From an archaeon (lineage in GTDB: Archaea > Nanobdellota > Nanobdellia > Pacearchaeales > GW2011-AR1), in NCBI GenBank assembly GCA_018657525.1, contig JABHWZ010000003.1, forward strand, positions 14,840 through 78,839: DNA of 64,000 nt, written 5' to 3'. Numbering within the stretch: position 1 is the stretch's first letter; each line of letters begins with the position of its first letter. Of the stretch, positions 58,491 to 64,000 are shown piece after piece. The notes beneath the pieces were generated by a model that did no database searches, was not told the DNA's origin, and saw only the letters and a list, made by a program, of their open reading frames with translations. Position numbers and translations under genes: made by a program.

Positions 58491-58826
58491 ATGAAAAGTT
58501 TAACAGAACAATCTAAATCCGGAAGTTCTTCTTCTTTAGTGAGTAATGGCTCTCATGGAAAATTATTAAGGAAAGAAATTGGAGGCAAAGTAAAACTTTA
58601 TTTAGTTGCTCCATGTTCTTGTTGTGCGAAGAGGAACGATTTACAATTTGAAGGAATTGTTCCCGGATTTCAAAAAATACGTTCTTCGTATAGTTTTTCT
58701 TGTACTGGTTGTGGGTCAACTAAGAATTTATTTGGAAATGATTCTCGTTTAAATTTTGAAATTCGTCGAGAATTAAATCAATATGCTTCTCAAAATAAAG
58801 TTGTTCCTTTAGAAAGTGTTTTTTAA
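58491..58826 (+). CDS. Zn-ribbon-like hypothetical protein
   Basis: CSCC...CTGC; TATA box upstream; start re-called. Confidence 0.55.
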   Translation: MKSLTEQSKSGSSSSLVSNGSHGKLLRKEIGGKVKLYLVAPCSCCAKRNDLQFEGIVPGFQKIRSSYSFSCTGCGSTKNLFGNDSRLNFEIRRELNQYASQNKVVPLESVF

Positions 58827-58866
58827 TTGGCAATTTATTTTAATTGCCTCTTACTGACGACAGATA

Positions 58867-60513
58867 CTATTGAAATTGATTGAATATTGGTTCTAAATCA
58901 ATTTCAAATAATGCCACAGGCATTTTTATTTTCCAGTGTTTTAATGTTCTTGGATGAATTTCACCTAATATTCCTATCTTTTTATCTTCTAGATAAAACT
59001 CTCCTGTACGCCCTTCGATAAAATGTTTTGGAGGATTTTCAGCTTCTTTTACTTGAAGATTTAATTCTAACATTCTTTTTAGATATTCTAAAGTCTGTTT
59101 AATTTCTGTGAAGTTTCCAGATGCAATGGCACATGATAAATTTTCTTTTTCTATTATATCTTGGTTATTTTTTAATTGAAAAGTTCTTCCTGTTTCGAAT
59201 ATTTTTTGGGGGTATTCTGAATCAATATTTTCTGAGAGAATTTTTAAAGTGCAATGCGTTAAATCTTTTCTTAATATTGTGTAATCTGTTTTGGATTTTT
59301 CTACTTCAATGAATCCTTTTTGTTCTTTGTCTTGGATTCCCATTTTTGAAAATTGATCTTTTGGTTTGGTTAAATGTAAACTTAACGTTTCTAAAAATCC
59401 AATGCTTGAGAGTATGTTTGATATTTTTCTTTTGATTGTTTCTTTTCTATTTTCTTCTCCGATTGTAGATATCTTTGGAATTATTGGTTTAAAATTGTCG
59501 TATCCATAAGCTATTGCAATATCTTCAATTAAATCTACTTCATGAAGTAAATCAGTTCTCCAAGCTGGCGATATGGCTTCACCTTTACTATATGAATGTC
59601 CCATTTTTTCTAGATTATTTTTTAGTTCTTTTTCAGTTAAGTTTAAGCCCAACATTTTATTTGTATTTGCAAGAGAAATTTTATTTTTTTCTGGAGTTAA
59701 ATTTGGAGTTATTTCTTTTAGTCCTTTTAATTCCATTTGGTAAATCTTTCCTCCTTGATCTGCAAGAGTTGTGATTATTATATTTAAACATTTTTTACAA
59801 ATTTCAAAATCAAAGCCGGAACATTCGACAAAAACTTCTTTTGTTTGTTCTGTTATTTTTCCGGTCAAATGTGAATTGATTATCGGTGGCATGCTGAGAA
59901 TATTTTTATTTGCATCTATGAATATTGGGAATTTGGATTTTCCTGCTAAAAGATGTGCATAATCTCTGCCAGCAGGATGTCGTTGTAAAATTTGTAAACC
60001 AGTCATTTCTTTTGATGCCTCAAGTGGTTGGAATTTTATTTGATCTGGTTCAAGTGCTTTGTAAGTTATTGGTAACTTTATTTTTTCTAAGGGATAAATT
60101 CCTATTGCTAATTTTTTTCTTTTTCTTCCTAACGTTGAATGTAATTTTTCTTGAACGTCGATTATTTCTTTTATTTTTTCGTCAGTGAATTTTAAATTTT
60201 TAACAATTGCGCAAGCAGTATGTGGTCTGATATTTTTTACTGATTTATCTATTGTTACCGCATAGTTTTTTTCAGGAGGAATTATTTTGTATTTTTTTAT
60301 TCCGGTTTGTTTTCCTAAGAATGCAAGGAAAGTTCTTTTGAATCCTTGGTAAGAAAGGAGATCTGGTCTGTCTGGGAAAATTTCTAATTCAATTTCGTCG
60401 TCAGTAAAACTTTCTAATGTTGTTCCGAATAAGGCTATTTTATTTTGCATGGCTTCATCTAACTTTCCTATTTCTTTTTCAAAAGTTTTTCGTGAGAATT
60501 TTATATTAGCCAT
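58867..60513 (-). CDS. pheT: phenylalanyl-tRNA synthetase beta subunit
   Basis: DRPDLLS, QEKLH, SMPPIINS, RTDLLHEVDLIEDIAIAYGY. Confidence 0.96.
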   Translation of the reverse strand: MANIKFSRKTFEKEIGKLDEAMQNKIALFGTTLESFTDDEIELEIFPDRPDLLSYQGFKRTFLAFLGKQTGIKKYKIIPPEKNYAVTIDKSVKNIRPHTACAIVKNLKFTDEKIKEIIDVQEKLHSTLGRKRKKLAIGIYPLEKIKLPITYKALEPDQIKFQPLEASKEMTGLQILQRHPAGRDYAHLLAGKSKFPIFIDANKNILSMPPIINSHLTGKITEQTKEVFVECSGFDFEICKKCLNIIITTLADQGGKIYQMELKGLKEITPNLTPEKNKISLANTNKMLGLNLTEKELKNNLEKMGHSYSKGEAISPAWRTDLLHEVDLIEDIAIAYGYDNFKPIIPKISTIGEENRKETIKRKISNILSSIGFLETLSLHLTKPKDQFSKMGIQDKEQKGFIEVEKSKTDYTILRKDLTHCTLKILSENIDSEYPQKIFETGRTFQLKNNQDIIEKENLSCAIASGNFTEIKQTLEYLKRMLELNLQVKEAENPPKHFIEGRTGEFYLEDKKIGILGEIHPRTLKHWKIKMPVALFEIDLEPIFNQFQ

Positions 60514-60602
60514 GCGAGGACACCTGCGGTTTCCTTCGCTTAACCTTCCCTCTCGACGCGGTTGGGCAACTTCTTAAATTGCCTCCTACGGAAGTTGCGT
60601 GG
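60514..60602 (-). mobile_element. family A element abutting the pheT start codon
   Basis: GCAACTTC-cgtaGGAGGCAAtttaa-GAAGTTGC ... GCGAAGGAAA-stem-TGTCCTCGC-ATG. Confidence 0.7.
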
Positions 60603-60627
60603 AATACATTTAATTTTTTGATTTTTT

Positions 60628-61074
60628 TCATTTTCTTATTTGATCCGCTATCTTTTTTAATTCTTCTACTGATTTTTTTGGACCTAATTGTGTTGAAATA
60701 TATCCTTCATATGTTTTAAAATAAATTTTCTTTTTTGCCCATGTTTCTTCAAATTTATTTTTTAATCCATAGATTGGATAAAGTTTAATATGAACATGAT
60801 TTATTCCTAATCCTTCCATTACTATTGCAACTCTTTTGACTTTGAGTTTTTTCTTTAATAGTTTAGCAACTTTTTTTGCAGTAATCATTAATTCTGTATA
60901 TTCTTTTTCGGGCATATCTATTGAGTCGCCATCATAGTGTTGTTTAGTTATGACTAAACTCATTCCTTCTGTGTTTGGATTAATATCTAAAAATGAAATA
61001 TGTTTGCTACTTTCCCAGATAATTTCAGAAGGGATTTCTTTTTTTGCTATTTTACAAAAGATGCATTTTTTCAT
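60628..61074 (-). CDS. HIT-family protein (HxHxK variant)
   Basis: CIFCKI, FLDINP, HVHIK. Confidence 0.9.
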   Translation of the reverse strand: MKKCIFCKIAKKEIPSEIIWESSKHISFLDINPNTEGMSLVITKQHYDGDSIDMPEKEYTELMITAKKVAKLLKKKLKVKRVAIVMEGLGINHVHIKLYPIYGLKNKFEETWAKKKIYFKTYEGYISTQLGPKKSVEELKKIADQIRK

Positions 61075-61075
61075 T

Positions 61076-62590
61076 TTATATCCAAAATTTCTTTTTCCTT
61101 AATTTAGTTAAATTGTTTTCATTGAATTCTCTTAAATCTTTTACTTTGAAATATTGCATTAACATTCTTCCGAAACCAGGGCCCCATGCGAGAATTGGAA
61201 CTGGTTTTCCCATTAGTGCCTCGCTGACTTCTGGACGGAACATTCCTGCGGCAAGGTATTCTACCCATTCTTGTTTTTCTTCATTCCAGACGTCTCCCTC
61301 AATTGAAGGTTCTGTATAAGGAAAATATGCTGGACGGAATCTAACTTTTTCAAAACCCATTTTTTGTGCGAATTGTTTTAAGTAACCTAGTAAATGTTGG
61401 AAGTTTGCATTTGGATCAACAACGATTCCTTCTGTTTGAAGTAATTCAAAACCGTGTGACCAATCTAATGTTTCGTTTCTAAAATTCCAGCCTATTGCGA
61501 AAAATTTTGCAGGCAAATCTTCTTCTTTTAGTTTTGAAAGTGTTTGAGCAGATAGACAGGTTGTGTGGGTTCTAATTAACATTTTTTTGGATTCATTTTC
61601 GTCCCATTTGTATCTCCAGCCTTTGCTTCCAGTAGTTCCAGTTTCGTGTGCTTTTTTAATTGCTGTTACAATTTTTTTGTCAGGAAGTTTTCCCTTTTTT
61701 AGATTTGATAAAAAGAATGTGTCGTGCATTTCTCTTACGGGATGGTCTTGGGCAGTAAATAAAGCGTCGAAGTTCCAGAACGAACTTACTATCATGTTTC
61801 CAGTCATTTCTTTGAATCCCATTTCAGTCCATATTTTTCTTCCGTAGTCAATTGCTTGATTTACAAAATGTCTTTTTCCTCCGGAAATTGCTGGAACTGG
61901 GGATGTAAGATCATATCTTCTGAATTGTTTTCCTTTCCAGTTTTTTTCAGATTGAAGAAGTTTGGGGGTTATTGACTCAATATAATCTTGATTTTTTAAA
62001 TTGGCGTTCATTAAAGTTTTGCCCAATTCAGTTATTTTTATTTCTATTTTCTTTTTTTCTTCTATTTGAACAATTTCTTTTCTTTGTTGTAAGCCTTTTA
62101 GTGCAAATTGCTGTTCAGGAGTTAGGTCTTGGAATTCAAGTGGGAGAGATTCTATGAATAATTCTTCAAGGGATTTTTTTGCAATTTCTGTTGGGGATGC
62201 ATTTAGGAAAATTTTTCCATTCTTTAATTCAACTAATGCTTTTTTCTTTAGCGCGCCTAATGATGCTTTGAATTCATCTGGGGAAAGTGAACTTTCTTTT
62301 GGAGCGTCTTGAATTGCAACAATTCTTTTTTCACTTAATAAATTTAATAATCTTCTTTCTGGGAGGCCCTTTTTTTTGTAAAGTGCTCCATTGACTCCGA
62401 TTTCAATTATTTTTTTTGTATGTGAAGATAATTCAATTATTTTTTTATTTTGGAGATATTCTAAGGATCTTATCACAGAAATTTTATCTAGGATTGATTT
62501 TTTACATATTTCACTTATAGATTCATTTAGATGAGGGATTATCTTTCTTTCGTTGGGGGATAATGATTCTATTAATTTTTTGTTGTCCAT
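61076..62590 (-). CDS. pheS: phenylalanyl-tRNA synthetase alpha subunit
   Basis: WNFDALF..QDHP.R, RTHTT, FRNE, YFPYTEPS, GMFRPE. Confidence 0.96.
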   Translation of the reverse strand: MDNKKLIESLSPNERKIIPHLNESISEICKKSILDKISVIRSLEYLQNKKIIELSSHTKKIIEIGVNGALYKKKGLPERRLLNLLSEKRIVAIQDAPKESSLSPDEFKASLGALKKKALVELKNGKIFLNASPTEIAKKSLEELFIESLPLEFQDLTPEQQFALKGLQQRKEIVQIEEKKKIEIKITELGKTLMNANLKNQDYIESITPKLLQSEKNWKGKQFRRYDLTSPVPAISGGKRHFVNQAIDYGRKIWTEMGFKEMTGNMIVSSFWNFDALFTAQDHPVREMHDTFFLSNLKKGKLPDKKIVTAIKKAHETGTTGSKGWRYKWDENESKKMLIRTHTTCLSAQTLSKLKEEDLPAKFFAIGWNFRNETLDWSHGFELLQTEGIVVDPNANFQHLLGYLKQFAQKMGFEKVRFRPAYFPYTEPSIEGDVWNEEKQEWVEYLAAGMFRPEVSEALMGKPVPILAWGPGFGRMLMQYFKVKDLREFNENNLTKLRKKKFWI

Positions 62591-62612
62591 GTTAATCTTT
62601 AAATAATCTAAT

Positions 62613-63053
62613 TTATAATTCTTTTGTCATCCATGTTGGCATGCTCAATATTAGTCCGAGTGATTTTATGTCGTGACTTTTTTTTATTTTTCCTTTTGAT
62701 ATGAATTTCATTTGAATTTTATTTTTATTGCAGAGTTTTATGTTTTGTTTTACTCTAGCAATTATTTGGGATTTAATTTTTGGATTTTTTTCTTTTAACT
62801 CATCAAAATTTATTCCAATTTGAATCTTATTTTTTTTAGCTATTTTTGCCAGAACTTGATTTAGTCCTGAGTTTCTTTGTTTGGCAAAATCTTTTCTGTT
62901 TTTTTGATTAAGTAAAAGAATATTTATTGGAAGTTTTTCTAGAACTTTTCTGTTTAAATCATCGTCTTTTGAGGTGAAAATTATTGTTTCGTTTTTTGGA
63001 GAGTCTTGTACCTTCTTTCTTGTTTTTTCAAAAGTTGTTTCTGAGATTATCAT
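62613..63053 (-). CDS. RNase P protein Rpp30-like (short)
   Basis: LNRKVLE, SGLNQVLAKIAKKNKI.I.INF pattern. Confidence 0.7.
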   Translation of the reverse strand: MIISETTFEKTRKKVQDSPKNETIIFTSKDDDLNRKVLEKLPINILLLNQKNRKDFAKQRNSGLNQVLAKIAKKNKIQIGINFDELKEKNPKIKSQIIARVKQNIKLCNKNKIQMKFISKGKIKKSHDIKSLGLILSMPTWMTKEL

Positions 63054-63161
63054 GTTTTGTAAAAGGAAAGCGAGTTTATAAATTTTTGATTTTTAATTGG
63101 GTTATCCTAGGGATAGATTAATTTGGGAATATTTAAAAGGGAGTAAATTGCTTTTTTAATT

Positions 63162-63653
63162 ATGGTTTGGCGAGTTTGTTCAGGACAAGATAGAAATGAA
63201 GTAATAGGGTTTTTAACAGAGATGGATAGAGAAATTTCTCCTCCAGTTTCAACTTTTCCAGGAGGATTAGGGGGAGTTGTCGATTTATTTTTAAAAAAAG
63301 GAAAAATCTTAATTGCAGAATATAAAACTAAACCAGTTGGGTTATTAGGATATTGTTTGGGGGAGCCATCAACAGATTATTGTGATTCTTCTGTCGGATA
63401 CATATATTTGACTATTTTGCACCCAGAGTATAGGGGGAAACCCTCAATTTCTAAAGAATTATTAAAGAGAGTTACAAAGGAAATGGAAATTGATGGAGTA
63501 AAAGAAGTTCGGTTTAAAGCATATAAAGATAATGAATACACAACTGAATTGTATTCTAAACTTGCTAAACCTGTTAGAGAAGAACTTAATACTCAAGGAA
63601 AATTATGTGTTCTTTACGGGGTTGATTTGAAAGAGTGGAAAGAAAGATTTTAA
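63162..63653 (+). CDS. GNAT acetyltransferase
   Basis: HPEYRGK, N....LYSKL. Confidence 0.8.
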   Translation: MVWRVCSGQDRNEVIGFLTEMDREISPPVSTFPGGLGGVVDLFLKKGKILIAEYKTKPVGLLGYCLGEPSTDYCDSSVGYIYLTILHPEYRGKPSISKELLKRVTKEMEIDGVKEVRFKAYKDNEYTTELYSKLAKPVREELNTQGKLCVLYGVDLKEWKERF

Positions 63654-63812
63654 TTTAAATTTATCCCTGAATTTCTGTGCCTATAAATTTCTTTTGATTT
63701 AGTAAATTATCTAATTGTTTCATGTTTTGTCCGAGGATGTAAGTCGGGATTTTATTTTGTTATCCTTGGCAAAAACTAACTTTTATTTTTAAACAAAAAC
63801 ATTTATAAGTGA

Positions 63813-63830
63813 GTTATAACATGTTATAAC
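63813..63830. promoter_or_regulatory. perfect 18-bp palindrome (candidate operator) between TATA box and start codon
   Basis: GTTATAACATGTTATAAC. Confidence 0.55.
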
Positions 63831-64000
63831 ATGCAAAAATTAATAAAACCAATAGTTAAAGTAGGAAATTCAGCAGGAGTAATTCTCCCAAAAAAATGGT
63901 TACATCATGAAGCAAAAATAGAAATTATAGTTAAAACTCCAAATATTTTAGAAATCTTACAGCAGGAAAAAATACCTTTAGAAAAAGTAAAAGGAATCTA
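63831..64000 (+). CDS. AbrB/DUF2080-like N-terminal domain protein (3' truncated)
   Basis: MQKLIKPIVKVGNSAGVILPKKW, open to window end. Confidence 0.7.
   Translation, partial: MQKLIKPIVKVGNSAGVILPKKWLHHEAKIEIIVKTPNILEILQQEKIPLEKVKGI

Noticed and set aside
5296..62157. Numerous Phe/Leu/Ser-rich antisense ORFs in the track
   Set aside because: Shadows of Lys/Glu-rich genes on the opposite strand

Overview
AT-rich archaeal chromosomal window, most consistent with a DPANN lineage such as Pacearchaeota/Woesearchaeota (inferred from gene content and style, not from a marker-gene tree). Core genes: radB, Nre, topA, TFS, signal peptidase, two tandem Cdc48, map, an RsmB/NOL1 methyltransferase plus PUA-like protein, polB, fen, trm5, rfcL/rfcS, rpl41e (absent from the ORF track), nth, pduL-ackA, pheT/pheS and an Rpp30-like protein. 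There are three tRNAs: Lys-CTT, Gln-CTG, and Glu-CTC with a 117-nt BHB intron. Small accessory ORFs are interspersed. The most striking signal is non-coding. At least six families of short (about 30-105 nt), GC-rich, hairpin-forming elements are dispersed across the window. They nest inside one another and sit in frame inside polB, trm5 and the RsmB gene. They repeatedly interrupt or adjoin extra copies of gene termini: tRNA 3' ends, the C-termini of rfcS, a HerA-like ATPase and RsmB, and the N-termini of cdc48, TFS and the PUA protein. Several of these extra termini differ from the live gene almost only at synonymous positions. I recognise no transposase, integrase or reverse transcriptase in the window. 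Other leads: a kinase/methylthiotransferase/nucleotidyltransferase cassette, a shared TM-TGN(A/V)I-TM tail on unrelated proteins, and a cluster of orphan membrane proteins. All alignments and folds were done by eye, so element boundaries are approximate.
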